A stretch of DNA of 64,000 bases from Macrostomum lignano (GCA_002269645.1 NIVC01001552.1:205134-269133); one strand, 5' to 3'; shown: positions 46,709 to 59,166, numbered from the stretch's first letter. Numbers and translations: made by a program. Notes: generated by a model from the letters alone, not told the origin.

Positions 46709-49700
46709 ATGGCCACGGGCCTACTGTGTAGCATCGGTCCATTTGAGCCTGAAAATGAGGACTGGCTGCAGTACAAGGAAAGAGTGGAGCAAGTTTTCAT
46801 TGCAAGCGACATAGAGTCCGAAGACAAAAAGCGAGCTGTCTTCCTCAGTGTCTGTGGCAAGGAGACATTCAAGCTGATTTGCAGCCTGCTGGCCCCGAGG
46901 AAGCCATCGGAGACTAGCTACGCAGACATTTGCCAAAAACTAAAGGAGCACTGGAAGCCGGAGCCTTCTGAAATTGTGCAGCGTTTTCATTTCTATCAGC
47001 GCGTGCGGGCCAGCACCGAGTCAGTGGCGGATTTCCTGGCCAGTTTGCGGCGTCTGGCCGTGGATTGCAAGTTCGGAAACAGCTTGGAGTCGATGCTCCG
47101 GGATCGGCTGGTGCTCGGCATCCAGGACGATCGGATCCAGCGCAGACTGCTGTCGGAGCCGGAGCTGGATCTCGAGAAGGCGCTGAAGATCGCTCAAGCG
47201 GTGGAGCTGGCGGCTAAAGGCTGCACGGTCGTCAGGAGCTCACAGGAGGCGGCTGGCCCTGCGGCGGCTGCTTCAGTCGATCGAGTCGACCAGGCCAAGG
47301 CGACCGGATTCGGTCGAGCTCCACAGAAGTGTTTCCGGTGCTTGTCGACTCGACATCTGGCGGACAAGTGCCCGTTCATCAAGAAGGCATGCTTCAAGTG
47401 CGGCAAGCTCGGGCACACCGCAGCTGCTTGCCGTAGAGGCGCCGGAGTATCGGGTGCGGACTCCCAGCCCCGCGTGGGCGCCGTGCAAGAAGCAGAAGAC
47501 GAGGACTGCAGCTCCCTTAACACCGTGCCCAGCGTTGCAGCCAAGGTGCCACCCTACTTGACCACGGTACTGATCAACGGCGTGTCCTGCCAGATGGAGA
47601 TCGACACGGGCGCCGCGGTGTCGCTGATCTCAGCCAAAGTCTACCAGGATCTTCTCGGAGGTATCCCTAAGCTCGGTGGGACCACGATTCGGCTGCGGAA
47701 CTACGGCGGCCAACCTGTCAACGTGTTGGGACAGTTGAGCGTCACTGTGGAGATTCCAGGAAATAAACAGAAACTGCTACCGCTAGTGGTGGTCTCAGGA
47801 AGCGGCTCCAGCTTGATCGGGCGGAACTGGCTGTCGGAGATAACCATGGACTGGAGAAGCATCAAGGAGCTGCGAGAGCGAGAATTGCCGGCTCAGGGCA
47901 ATCAGCAGGTGGAGCAGCTGGTGCAAAAGTACAGCGCAGTATTTTCGGACGGACTCGGTTGCTACACAGGCGAACCACTGAAATTGCGGACGAAACCAGG
48001 TGCACAGCCCAAATTTTTCAAAGCTCGGACGGTGCCGTTCGCTTTGAAGTCCAAGGTGGAGGAGCAGCTTGACCGGGAGATCGAGCAAGGCGTTCTGCAG
48101 CCTGTCTCTAACTCCGAGTACGCGTCTCCTATCGTGCCGGTGCTCAAGGCGGATGGTTCCGTCAGAATCTGCGCGGATTTCAAGCGCACGGTGAACCAAG
48201 ACGTTGTGCAGGACTCCTACCCGCTGCCCAGAATTGAAGAATTGTTCGCAAAGCTAACGGGAGGCCAGAAATTCACCAAGCTAGACCTCAGTCAGGCGTA
48301 TCAGCAGCTGCCCCTGGACTCAGAATCACAGCGTCTGTGCACCATCAACACCTCCAAAGGGTTGCTCAGGTACACCAGGTTGCCGTTCGGCATCTCACCG
48401 GCAGTCGGCATGTTTCAGAGGACAATGGACGGCTTGCTTCAAGGAAGACCGCACACGGCGGCTTTTATCGACGATCTGCTGGTGACAGGAACTGATGACG
48501 AGAAGCACCTGGAGAACCTAGAAGCTGTTTTGCAGCGCCTACAAGATGCTGGGCTGAAGTGCCGAGCTGACAAGTGCCGGTTCATGCAGGAGTCCGTGAG
48601 TTACCTGGGCCACCGAATCGACGCCGGCGGTCTCCACCCGCTGGAGAGCAAGGTCAGCGCGATCGTCGAGGCGCCAGCTCCCCAGGACGTCACCCAGCTC
48701 CGCAGCTTCCTGGGGCTCATAAATTATTATGGACGATTCCTGCCGAACCTGTCCAGCGTGCTCGCTCCGCTGCACCGCCTATTGGACAAGGGCGTTGCCT
48801 GGCAATGGAACAGCCCGCAAGAGAGTGCGTTTCACCGCTGCAAGGAGCTCCTGCTGAGCTCTCAGACGCTAGTGCATTTCGACCCCGGTAAAGAGGTCAT
48901 CCTGGAGTGCGACAGCTCGCCCTACGGTCTCGGCGCGGTCATCTGCCACCTAATAGATGGCGTGGAGCGGCCCATCGCGTTTGCGTCCCGCACTCTGGCC
49001 GATGCGGAGAAGAACTACTCCCAGACGGAGAAGGAGGCCTTGGCAGTTGTTTTCGGCGTCAAGCGATTCCACACCTATCTGTACGGCCGGAACTTCCAGC
49101 TGAAGAGTGACCACAAGCCGCTTCTAGGACTGCTTCACGAGAACAAGGCCATTCCGCCACTAGCATCTGCCAGGATTCAGCGCTGGGCTCTGCTGCTGTC
49201 CAGCTACTCCTATCGACTGCAATACCGCAAGGGCGCCACCCTGCTGCGGGCGGATGCACTGAGCCGGTTGCCGCTGCCGTCCAAGCCAGCGGAGGCGCCG
49301 GCGCCGGCTGAGGTGGTACTGCTGATCGACTCATTCAACGAGGGCCCAGTGACTGCGGCTCAAGTTCGCTGCTGGACACGGCGAGACCCGCTACTCGGTC
49401 GAGTGCTCAGGTTCGTGCAAGAAGGCTGGCCGGAGGATCGGCGATGGAGCGAAGATCTGCGGCCGTTTGCGTCTCGAGCTGCGGAACTCAGCGTGGAGGA
49501 CGGCTGCCTGCTGTGGGGCACCAGAGTGGTGGTGCCGGTTCAGGGACGCCTGGCGTTGCTCGAGTGTCTGCACCAAAGTCACCTAGGAGCGTCCAAGCTG
49601 AAGTCGCTGGCCAGGAACTATTTTTGGTGGCCGGGAATGGACGGAGACATCGAGCGGCTCTCGCAGCACTGCCGGCAGTGCAAACTGCATCAGCACAGCC

Positions 49701-50644
49701 CACCTCCAGCGCCGCTGCAGCCCTGGCCCTGGCCTGACAGACCGTGGTCAAGGGTCCACATGGACTACGCTGGACCGTTCGAAGGCAAGATGCTGTTGAT
49801 TTTGGTCGACGCGCATTCCAAGTGGATCGAGGTGCACATCTGCCAGTCCGCGACCAGCTCCGCTACAATCGATCGGCTCCGGCGGACTTTCAGCCAGCTG
49901 GGTCTGCCGGAGGTCGTGGTGACGGACAACGGGCCCATCTTCGTGAGTCAAGAGATGGAGAGCTTCATGAGCAGCAATGGCATCCGGCATGTCAAGGTGT
50001 CGCCCTATCATCCGGCGTCCAACGGCCTGGCGGAACGCGCGGTACAAACGGTGAAGGCGGCTCTGGTGAAGGGACGGCCGGCGGCTCTGCAGACTCGGCT
50101 CGCTCGGTTCCTGCTGACCTACCGGGTGACTCCGCACAGCACGACTGGCGTTCCGCCGAGCCAGCTGATGATGGGCCGGCCTCTGCGAACACTGCTGGAT
50201 CTGGTACGTCCGGACGTCTCGGCTGCGGTCACGCGACGACAGGAGGCACAGAAGCTACAACACGACAGGCGCGCCAGAGCGAGGTCCTTCGGGGAAGGCG
50301 ACGACGTTGTAGTGCGGGATTTCACGGGTCAGCAGAAGTGGCTGCCGGCCAGCATCAGCCGACAAACAGCACCTTTGTCCTACGAGTGCCGGCTGCCTGA
50401 TGATCGCATTGTACGCCGCCACGCCGACCATGTAGCCTCTGCAGGCGTCGAACCGCGGACCTCAGGAAGCACGGAACTGCCAATGAATGACGACCTGCGC
50501 TACGAATCGGCTGAGGCAGAAGTTCCGCCCACACAGCCACCGACCGCGCCGCCGCCGCCCACGCAGCCGCCGCTTCCTCCGACTCCTCAGGCGCGGCGTT
50601 CGCAGAGGAACCGAAAATGCCCGGACAGGTTGACGTACAAGTGA
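46709..50644 (+). CDS. Gag-Pol polyprotein, 1311 aa (2x CCHC, protease, RT, RNase H, integrase)
   Basis: CFRC..H..C and CFKC..GH..C zinc knuckles, DTGA protease, YPLP...FIDD RT, CDSSPYGLG RNase H, HHCC and D,D(35)E (HMDY, TDNG, GLAER) integrase; no stops. Confidence 0.97.
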   Translation: MATGLLCSIGPFEPENEDWLQYKERVEQVFIASDIESEDKKRAVFLSVCGKETFKLICSLLAPRKPSETSYADICQKLKEHWKPEPSEIVQRFHFYQRVRASTESVADFLASLRRLAVDCKFGNSLESMLRDRLVLGIQDDRIQRRLLSEPELDLEKALKIAQAVELAAKGCTVVRSSQEAAGPAAAASVDRVDQAKATGFGRAPQKCFRCLSTRHLADKCPFIKKACFKCGKLGHTAAACRRGAGVSGADSQPRVGAVQEAEDEDCSSLNTVPSVAAKVPPYLTTVLINGVSCQMEIDTGAAVSLISAKVYQDLLGGIPKLGGTTIRLRNYGGQPVNVLGQLSVTVEIPGNKQKLLPLVVVSGSGSSLIGRNWLSEITMDWRSIKELRERELPAQGNQQVEQLVQKYSAVFSDGLGCYTGEPLKLRTKPGAQPKFFKARTVPFALKSKVEEQLDREIEQGVLQPVSNSEYASPIVPVLKADGSVRICADFKRTVNQDVVQDSYPLPRIEELFAKLTGGQKFTKLDLSQAYQQLPLDSESQRLCTINTSKGLLRYTRLPFGISPAVGMFQRTMDGLLQGRPHTAAFIDDLLVTGTDDEKHLENLEAVLQRLQDAGLKCRADKCRFMQESVSYLGHRIDAGGLHPLESKVSAIVEAPAPQDVTQLRSFLGLINYYGRFLPNLSSVLAPLHRLLDKGVAWQWNSPQESAFHRCKELLLSSQTLVHFDPGKEVILECDSSPYGLGAVICHLIDGVERPIAFASRTLADAEKNYSQTEKEALAVVFGVKRFHTYLYGRNFQLKSDHKPLLGLLHENKAIPPLASARIQRWALLLSSYSYRLQYRKGATLLRADALSRLPLPSKPAEAPAPAEVVLLIDSFNEGPVTAAQVRCWTRRDPLLGRVLRFVQEGWPEDRRWSEDLRPFASRAAELSVEDGCLLWGTRVVVPVQGRLALLECLHQSHLGASKLKSLARNYFWWPGMDGDIERLSQHCRQCKLHQHSPPPAPLQPWPWPDRPWSRVHMDYAGPFEGKMLLILVDAHSKWIEVHICQSATSSATIDRLRRTFSQLGLPEVVVTDNGPIFVSQEMESFMSSNGIRHVKVSPYHPASNGLAERAVQTVKAALVKGRPAALQTRLARFLLTYRVTPHSTTGVPPSQLMMGRPLRTLLDLVRPDVSAAVTRRQEAQKLQHDRRARARSFGEGDDVVVRDFTGQQKWLPASISRQTAPLSYECRLPDDRIVRRHADHVASAGVEPRTSGSTELPMNDDLRYESAEAEVPPTQPPTAPPPPTQPPLPPTPQARRSQRNRKCPDRLTYK

Positions 50645-50820
50645 ACGTTTTTTTGTTTTTTTCCCTGACCGACTTTTTTTTGTTTACGGCTTTGGGTGGT
50701 GTTCGATTTTTTTGTTTCTGTTATTGTTGTCGTGGTGCTGGGAAGTATTTTCTTTTCTCCTGTTTTTGTTTCTTTTTTGTTGCTGTTTTTTTTTTTTTTT
50801 TTCATCTACGTGTGGAGGGA

Positions 50821-51055
50821 TGTGGTGACTGCGTTTCGCTTTCTGTGCAGAGTGGGGGATGGGGGGGCTGTCTCTCTCTCTCTCTCTCTCTCGGATTGTA
50901 CTCGCGCATGTGTGTACTCTGGAGCGCGAACACGACAGAGGTAGCGGCTGATTGGTCAGCCTAGTCAGGCTGGAAAATAAACTGGTATTTATTGAGAGAG
51001 CTAGGCTTGGCCAGCTCTAAGATTCCTCTCTGCAAGCCACACAGACTTTGTTACA
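50821..51055 (+). repeat. 3' LTR (235 bp), preceded by a short polypurine tract (GGAGGGA)
   Basis: Direct comparison with the 5' LTR. Confidence 0.96.
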
Positions 51056-52329
51056 GTACCAAACTAAATCTATTATATTAAAATCTCTATAGATTACTAA
51101 ATTTGAAGTTTTTGCTTTAATGGCTTGATCTCACTTTCACTTTAGCCTTACATTTTGCTTTTCACTTTGGAAATTAGTAGTTTTTGTTAATTTTGTTAAT
51201 TTTTAATATGGCTACAGAAAAATTTAGATTACAGAGATTTGACTATCTAAAACATAACAAATTATGGCTATGGAGATGGCATGATAAAATTCGGTATAGC
51301 TACAGCTACAGAGATACAAAGGTGCAGTGGTAGAACACTAATAAAAGGCAACCAAATTATTTGCCAAAAAGGATTCTTTAGCCTTTAAGCCTACTAATAC
51401 TAAAAAGGTAATTTATTATTGCAACTCGCAATGTAAAAAAGAAAAGGGTAGGTGTGCACTAAATTTTTTTGGCATGCATTTGTAACTATTCAATTTTTGT
51501 TTGGGCATGCACTAAGCATGATATAGACTATGGCAATTAGTATGGGTGTCTGGCACTACCATGCATTGCAATAAGGCTTGGTATACCATTTTTTGTAATG
51601 CCACACTTAGAGACATGGCAGCTGTGTCTATATCTATAATCTAAAAACTTATAAAAATGGCAGCCATGTCTCTAATATTAAACCTTATAAAGTCAGCAAC
51701 TTTGTCTAAGACTAAGCCTATATAATATAGAATGCATCTCATACTAAAGATAGCAGCCCTGTCTATAATACTTGCACAGTGCTAGCAGCAGTGTCATTAA
51801 TATTGAATAGCAAATTTATTTCCATAATTTAAAGTAATAGTAGCTACCATGTGTGCTTAATATTAAGGCCTATAGACATAGCAGTATTGGCAGACATGCC
51901 TATAAGCTCCAACATTATAGACATGGCCACCATGTCTATAATTATTCCATTTTTTGTAATGTCTCATAGTGTACATATGCCTAAATTTTTATATATATCA
52001 TATACTATATGGTGCACATTGTGGGACATACACTTATTCTAGACCTAGATAAGGCTATGCCATATTTTTATTGTTTATGTTTTTGCTCTATATAAATTTT
52101 GGTATCAATGCTAGGGTAAGCTAGGGCTATAATATTTAAGATTTACCATTGGCATTAGTGCATTTTGCCTAGTGTACCAGGTATAAAATAAAAATATTTT
52201 TGAGTAACTTCTAGCATATATATTATATAATATGATCCTGACAATGGGGAATTGGGAGCTTTTATAAATGCAACCATGAATTGTGTTCTCTAGAATGCTT
52301 TTATGGCACTTAATACACATAAACTTTAT

Positions 52330-52510
52330 TAACCTTTGACTATTCTCTCTCTTCTCATTTCTTCTTTTCCCTTTTCTCTCTTCTTTCTCTTTTTTCTTTC
52401 CCCATTTTCTTTTTTCTTTCCTCTCATTCATGTCTCCTTTCTTTTTACATTCTTTTGTCTTTCCCTTCTTTCTCTTTTTCCCCTTTTCCTTTCTCCCTTC
52501 TTTTTCCTTA
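52330..52510. repeat. CT-rich low-complexity tract
   Basis: Direct reading. Confidence 0.85.
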
Positions 52511-53368
52511 CTATTTTTAATGTTCAAGTAGTAACTAGCCACTAAATCTCCTATTCTTACTAAGATCTTCTATGAGAACAATTGCCTCCTTTGCAATCTA
52601 GCCTTCTTTAATAGTGGCAAATGCCTGGTGGCTTCCCCATTGGCTTCATTCATCTTAACTTAAGCCTCTACTATTCCAACCGTAACATCTATGTTGGTAT
52701 CAAAAGTGTTTGAGTCCTTTACCCTAGGGACTTAAGAGCTCCCTTTGTATTGAAAGTGAAAATATTCATCTTAACATTAGCCCACCACCTAACCACAATA
52801 TGTATATAGCATTGAAACTCTGTATTGCTTAAGTCCTTAAATCTATGCAAAGATTTAAGAGTTCTCCTTTTAAAATGAAAGCATTTAGCTTAACTTTAGC
52901 CCTTACCACCCAACTACAAGATTGACATCATATTGAAAATCTCTTTTACTTGAGTCCTAAATTTTAGGGAGTTAATAGTTCTTTTTGACTAAATACTAGC
53001 TAGCATTTTGACTTTTAATTCTCACATCATGAATTTGTAAGTTTATAAACCTAGAATCCTTAGCCTTAGACACCCTTTAATTATATTTATGCAATACTTA
53101 GCCAAAGAGCCATTGGACTTGCTAGTCGAATACAAAAGGCTTACAATTGGCTAGCTATACTCTAAGTTGATTAACTTATGCACTGGTTAGATTAAGTTGA
53201 ATGAGAAGTTTGAGAAGAAGGAGAATGAGAAGGAAATGTGTTAAATTTTCTTTAAGTAAATGACAGCAATATAGTGCTAAAGAATGCCCATCTTTCTTAG
53301 TTGTATAAAATTATATACAGTATGTTAAAATTCGACTTTGCACTTTAAGTTATTAGACTTATTTGTAA

Positions 53369-55724
53369 ATGAGCACCAATCCTGCTACATTGCAGTATCA
53401 CTATTCTCCAAGTAAGCCTCCAAGCCATCAGGCCTCTGCCAATCCAGATGGCAGTGGTGGTGGCAATGGCGGCCATTTTGGTGCACCCCTGCTGGCTCAA
53501 ACACCGCGTCGAAGCCTGTGGTCCTCGCTTCGAGCTGAAGTCACGTCAGCCTACGGTGGCCCGGACGATGACGAGAAGCTGCGAGCGCACAGGCATCGGG
53601 TGTACACCTTTCTGACTATTCCTCTGGCGATGGAACGGTTCATCCAGTTTGGCTTGCTGGCTTGTTTAGACACCTTGCTGCACCTGTGCACCCTGCTGCC
53701 ATTGAGGTGCGCCTACGCTCTGTGGCGACTGTTCTATGGGCGTGCTCAGTGAGTTATTGCTGCAGATGCTGTGTACTATTGGATATGCGATTTTAAGGAG
53801 TGGCGTTTCAGGAATGGGACTTTTGATTCCGGAATTGGGATCCTGGCTATTGAGATTCTAGCATTGGGATCTGGGATTCTGGGAATTGGGATCTGGGATT
53901 CTGGGAATTGAGATCTGGGATTCTGGGAATTGGGATCTGAGATTCTGGGAATTGGGATCTGGGATTCTGGGAATTGGGATCTGGGATTCTGGGAATTGGG
54001 ATCTGGGATTCTGGGAATTGGGATCTGGGATTCTGGGAATTGGGATCTGTGATTCTGGAATTGGGATCTGGGATTCTGGTATTGAGATTCTAGCATTGGG
54101 ATCTGGTATTCTGGGAATTGGGATCTGGGATTCTGGGATTGGGATCTGGGATTCTGGGACTGGGATATCGAATTCTGGGATTGGGATCTGGGATTCTGGG
54201 ATTGAGTTCTGGGATTGGGATCTCGGATTCTGATATTGGGATTGTGGATTCTGTTATCGCGTATTGGTATTTAAAAAGTCATGGTTGGGATGTTTAAAAA
54301 TGGCTGAAAAACAGGGGTATTTTTAATATATCAGTAAATCCTTTCAAATTGTGAATTTCAGCTTGCTTCACTCTCAAAAGTCGGATCTCCTGCACGGCCT
54401 ACTGCTAGTAGTCACCACGTGTTTAATTGTGCAGCTAACCGACTCCAGCGTGATTTATCATTTTATTCGCAGCCAGTCTGTTATCAAGTTGTACATCTTT
54501 TTCAACATGCTAGAAATTGCGGACAGACTACTGTCAGCAGTCAGTCAGGATGTGCTCGACGGCCTGGCCTTCACCATTGCCAAACCATTGGAGTCTACGC
54601 TGCTTCTATTGCTTAACTGGGCTCTCAGCGTTGTCATGGTAACGCTGCACAGCTGTTTGATGCTACTACAAGCTTTGACGCTAAATGTTGGCTTCAATTC
54701 TCACAATCGCACCTTGCTCACCATTATCATGTCGAATAATTTTGTCGAATTGAAAGGCAGCGTATTTAGAAAATTTGCGGAAGAGAACATGTTCCAGCTG
54801 GCTTGTGCAGATATCAGAGAGCGATTCCATTGTGCCGTGCTATTGCTAATTGTACTGCTGAGAAATATGCGAGCCGTTAATTGGGAATTGTCGCATTTTA
54901 TTGACATCTGCCCGGACGCTCTGATAGTGCTCATCACCGAGCTCATTGTGGATTCGGTTAAGCACGCTTTTATTGCCAAATTCAACGAGATGCCAGCATC
55001 TGTTTATCGATCATTCTCGCTGCGAGTGGCTCTGGACCTGCGTAGGATGCGCTCGCATCGGCAGTACCTGAGCCTCAACCGGCGTATGGGTCTGACGCCT
55101 ATGCCGCTCTTTGTTTTAGTTGCTATGAGTCTTTATTTGGCATTGCCGGAGGGCGCCAAATTGGTTAATGGATTGTGCCTCACCGTGCTGGTGCTTCCTA
55201 GCCTGATAGTGCTCAAGCTCATTGTTGGTCGGTTCTTGCACTCTTTAGCCGATAAGATTATTTTGGCTGCTCAGTCTGATGAAGCTTCTGCCAACGCGGC
55301 CGCTTCAGCAGCCTCCGCCGCCGCAGCAACAGATGGCAAAGAATCCGCCAGCGTTGAATCCGCGACAGCCGATTTCAATATCGACGATTATTACGGTTGT
55401 CTGCAGTTGCTACGCAGAAATTATCGCAGCTGCGGCGATCTGACCAGCAGTCAGAAGCCTGACGATTTCAACGACTCCCCGGAATGGCCCGGTGGCGCTG
55501 CAGCTGCTCCTTCGATAGTTGAACCCGCTGCACCGACTTCGGTTGCTAATGACTCCGACATTGGCAACGGCGACTCTGTCGCTTTCGGTCACGAACGTCG
55601 GCATAGCGACGTTGGCGAGACGCCTGAGTTGCGACATCGTCGAAGAAATGAAAGCTCATGTCGGCGTGACGACGAGCCATTGACTGTTGATCGGTATTCG
55701 ATGTACTCCAACGCTATTGTGTGA
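53369..55724 (+). CDS. TAPT1: TAPT1/DUF747 membrane protein, ~580 aa, join(53369..53748, 54362..55724)
   Basis: FLTIPLAMERFIQFG...CLD, IYHFIRSQSVIKLYIFFNMLEIADRL, NNFVELKGSVFRKF, DIRERFH and KHAFIAKFNE. Phase-2 intron CA|GTGAGT...TTTCAG|C. Confidence 0.93.
53805..54250. repeat. 22-bp minisatellite (GGGATCTGGGATTCTGGGAATT) filling the TAPT1 intron
   Basis: Direct reading. Confidence 0.95.
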
Positions 55725-55799
55725 TTTTCGGCCCACAAAATCGCATGCGCGCTTAATTGGGAAGTGGGCGTCTATTCGGTTACACAAAAGACACCATGC

Positions 55800-56900
55800 T
55801 GCTGCTAGGGTCACCAAATCGGTTGCTAGAGTCACCAAATTGGTTGCTAGGGTCACCAAATCGATTGCTAGAGTCACCAAATTGGTTGCTAGGGACACCA
55901 AATCGGTTGCTAGGGTCACCAAATCGACTGCTAGGGTCACCAAATTGGTTGCTAGGGTCACCAAATTGGCTTCTAGGGTCACCAAATTGGTTGCTAGGGT
56001 CACCAAATTGGCTTCTAGGGTCACCAAATTGGTTGCTAGGGTCACCAAATTGGCTTCTAGGGTCACCAAATTGGCTTCTAGGGTCACCAAATTGGTTGCT
56101 ATGGTCAACGAATCGGTTGATATACGGTTGCTAAATCGGTCACCAAGAGGCATCAGTCATGTTGCTGTTGCTAAGGTCACTAATCGGTTGCTAGGGTTAC
56201 CAAATCGGTTACCAAGAGACATCAATTATGTTGCTAAGGTCACTGAATCGGTTGCTAGGGTCACCAAATCGGTTTCTATGGTTAATAAATCAGTTACCAA
56301 GAGGCATCAGTCATGTTGCTGTTGCTAAGGTCACTAATCAGTTGCTAGGGTTACTAAATCAGTTACCAAGAGACAGCAATTATATTGCTAAGGTCACTAA
56401 ATCGGTTGCTAGGGTCGTCAATCATGTTGTTAGGGTCGCCAATCAGGTTGCTACGGTTGCCAATCAGGTTGTTAGGGCCGACTGGGCCGTAAAATCAGGT
56501 TAATGAGGTTGCCTATTGGGTTGCTAGGGTCGCCAATTAGGTTGCTAGGGCTGCAAAATCGGTTACCAAGGACACCAATTATGTTGCTAAGGTCACTGAA
56601 TGGGACTGCTAGGGTCACCAAATCGGTTGCTAGGGTCACCAAATTGGTTGCTAGGGTCACCAAATCGGTTGCTAGGGTCACCAAATCGGTTGCTAGGGTC
56701 ACCAAATCGGTTGCTAGGGTTACCAAATTGGTTTCTACGGTTACTAAATCGGTGACTAAGAGGCATCAGATATGTTGCTGTTGCTAAGGTCACTAATCGG
56801 TTGCTAGGATTACTAAATCGGTTTCCAAGAGAGCAATTATGTTGCTAAGGTCACTAATCGGTTGCTAGGGTCGTCAATCATGTTGTTAGGGTTGCCTATT
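55800..56900. repeat. 21-bp minisatellite (GGTTGCTAGGGTCACCAAATY) downstream of the TAPT1 stop
   Basis: Direct reading. Confidence 0.95.
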
Positions 56901-58084
56901 CGGTTGCTAGGTGCGCGAATCATGTTACTACTGTCGCCAAAAATGTTTGCTTCATGTAATTGTCGTATCATAATATTTTTCTGACAAACATCATTTTCTA
57001 TGCAGCATCGCTCTGACATTAATAAAAGTGCAATAACCTGACTAACCTCCCCTTAATAATGCTTCTAGATTTTATACAGAAGAATATATTTAGTTGACTT
57101 AATATGACTAATTGGTGACTTGCTTTATTTAAAAATCGATATTATTTTGTAGTTGTCTACACTCCTTTGTCAAGATTAACACAACTAATACGCAGTTAAT
57201 TATAGAAAAAAACTCCAGTTATATTCTAAATAAAACAAAAAACATGGTTTGAAAATTTTCATAACTTAATTGTCTCTTTTCTCGCTTTGGTCAACATCGT
57301 CCGATGGCATTTTGTTTCTAAATTCTGTTTGCGATTTTCTTCAAATTCAAATGTTAGTGCTGTTAATTTTTCTATGAAAGTCTACTATAAGTAGACTAGT
57401 GGGGTAGCATTCGGCTTTTCTGAACTTTTGGTAGGCTTAAATATAGCCCCTCAGTAACACAAGCCCAAAAGTTTCTTAGACATAGCTTCTGATCTTGTTC
57501 TTTTTAGTTGGTTTTGGATTTTTAGTTGCAGTTTTAGTTTAGTAGCAGATGTTTGATACTTAAATGGTCAATTTGAAGACTTTTACTTGCCACATTCGCT
57601 TGTTCATAAGTTTATCAAATTCAAATGCTATAAATATGTTTATTAATAAATACAAAAACTACTTTAAAAATTTAGATTCTCAATCTATTGTTAAAAAACT
57701 ATTTTTCTTGCTGTGATGAAAACGGTAATATAAATTGTTGTAAGTGTATTTTGGTGTTTTGACTTTGTGCCTGACATATTTTTTTAAATCCATTCTTAAA
57801 ATTTTAAATCCCAAATTTTTGGGATTTCAGCCACATCGAAAACTCAAAAAAGTCCCATATTTATTTCCATAAAAATCTTTGAACTCCAGTTTTATCCCCA
57901 TAAATTTCCCCAGCATCCCATTTTTGTCTCCATTAACTCAAGCATAATCATCGATGGATCTGACAATGAATCCCAGAATCCCAGATTTATCCCTATCAGA
58001 AATCCCAGAATCCTTGATCTTTCGCCATCAAAAATACCAAAATTCCTGATCTTTTTTTGAAGTTTTAGAATCATAGATTCATTC

Positions 58085-58370
58085 CTATAAAAAATCCCAG
58101 ATTTATCCCTATCAGAAATCCCAGATTTATCCCCATCAAAATCCCAGATTTATCCCTATCAAAAATCCCAGATTTATCCCTATCAATAATCCTAGATTTT
58201 TTCCTATCAAAAATCCTATATTTATCCCTATCAAAAATCCCATATTTATCCCTATCAGAAATCCCAGATTCATTTCTATCAAAAACCCCAGATTTATCTT
58301 TATCAGAAATCCCATATTTATCCCTGTCAAAAATCCTAGATTTATCCCCATAAAAATCCCGAATTTAAGG
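58085..58370. repeat. 23-bp minisatellite (AAATCCCAGATTTATCCCTATCA)
   Basis: Direct reading. Confidence 0.92.
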
Positions 58371-58467
58371 TACAAGTTATAAATGCAGAGTATATACTAC
58401 TTTATTCTGATGACTCAGCAGTAGTAAGGAAGTCACCGCTCTTCAAAAAGATCGAATCACGTACAGA

Positions 58468-58970
58468 ATGAACTGCGAGCTGCAGTGGTCTCCGTGTCGG
58501 GAGGACCGCTTCCTACTGTTGCTAGGCAACGAGCTGCGGTTCTACAACGCTGACGCGGCTCTGCAATCTCGACCGGGCGAGGCCCTCAGACCGCCTGAGC
58601 TCTTTGCCGTGCCATTCTGCGATGAGCACCTGCCGTTGCGGACCGTTGCCTGGCAACCGACTAGCGACTATGGCAACTCCGAGCTGCTAGCTATTGGACT
58701 GTCGACTGGAAAGGTCTGGACTGGGATTCGGTGTGAGAGGGATTCTGGACTGTTTGGATTGATATGGGGATCATTTTGGGCTGAAATGCGGGATCCTCTG
58801 GCATTCAAGTTTGAAATTATATGGGATTTTTATGCGCAATCATATGGATTTCTTGTGCTTCTAGGGATTAAGGATTAAGATTACTACTACTACTACTGCT
58901 ACTGCTACTACTACTACTACTACTATTACTACTACTACTGCTACTACTACTACTACTACTACTACTACTG

Positions 58971-59026
<56 letters not shown>

Positions 59027-59027
59027 G

Positions 59028-59081
<54 letters not shown>

Positions 59082-59096
59082 TTACTACTACTACTG

Positions 59097-59149
<53 letters not shown>

Positions 59150-59166
59150 GCTACTACTACTGCTAC

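Larger units (their letters stand above)
46459..51055 (+). mobile_element. Full-length Ty3/Gypsy LTR retrotransposon (Mag-like) with 5-bp TSD GTACC
   Basis: TG...CA LTRs at 46459-46690 and 50821-51055; TSD at 46454-46458 and 51056-51060; PBS, PPT and a single ORF. Confidence 0.97.

Noticed and set aside
46721-50540. Alternative-frame and antisense ORFs within the retrotransposon
   Set aside because: Expected shadows of a GC-rich long ORF; no motifs
50587-50964. Hydrophobic ORFs after pol as an env-like gene
   Set aside because: T-rich low-complexity 3' UTR running into the LTR; no true ATG context or env features
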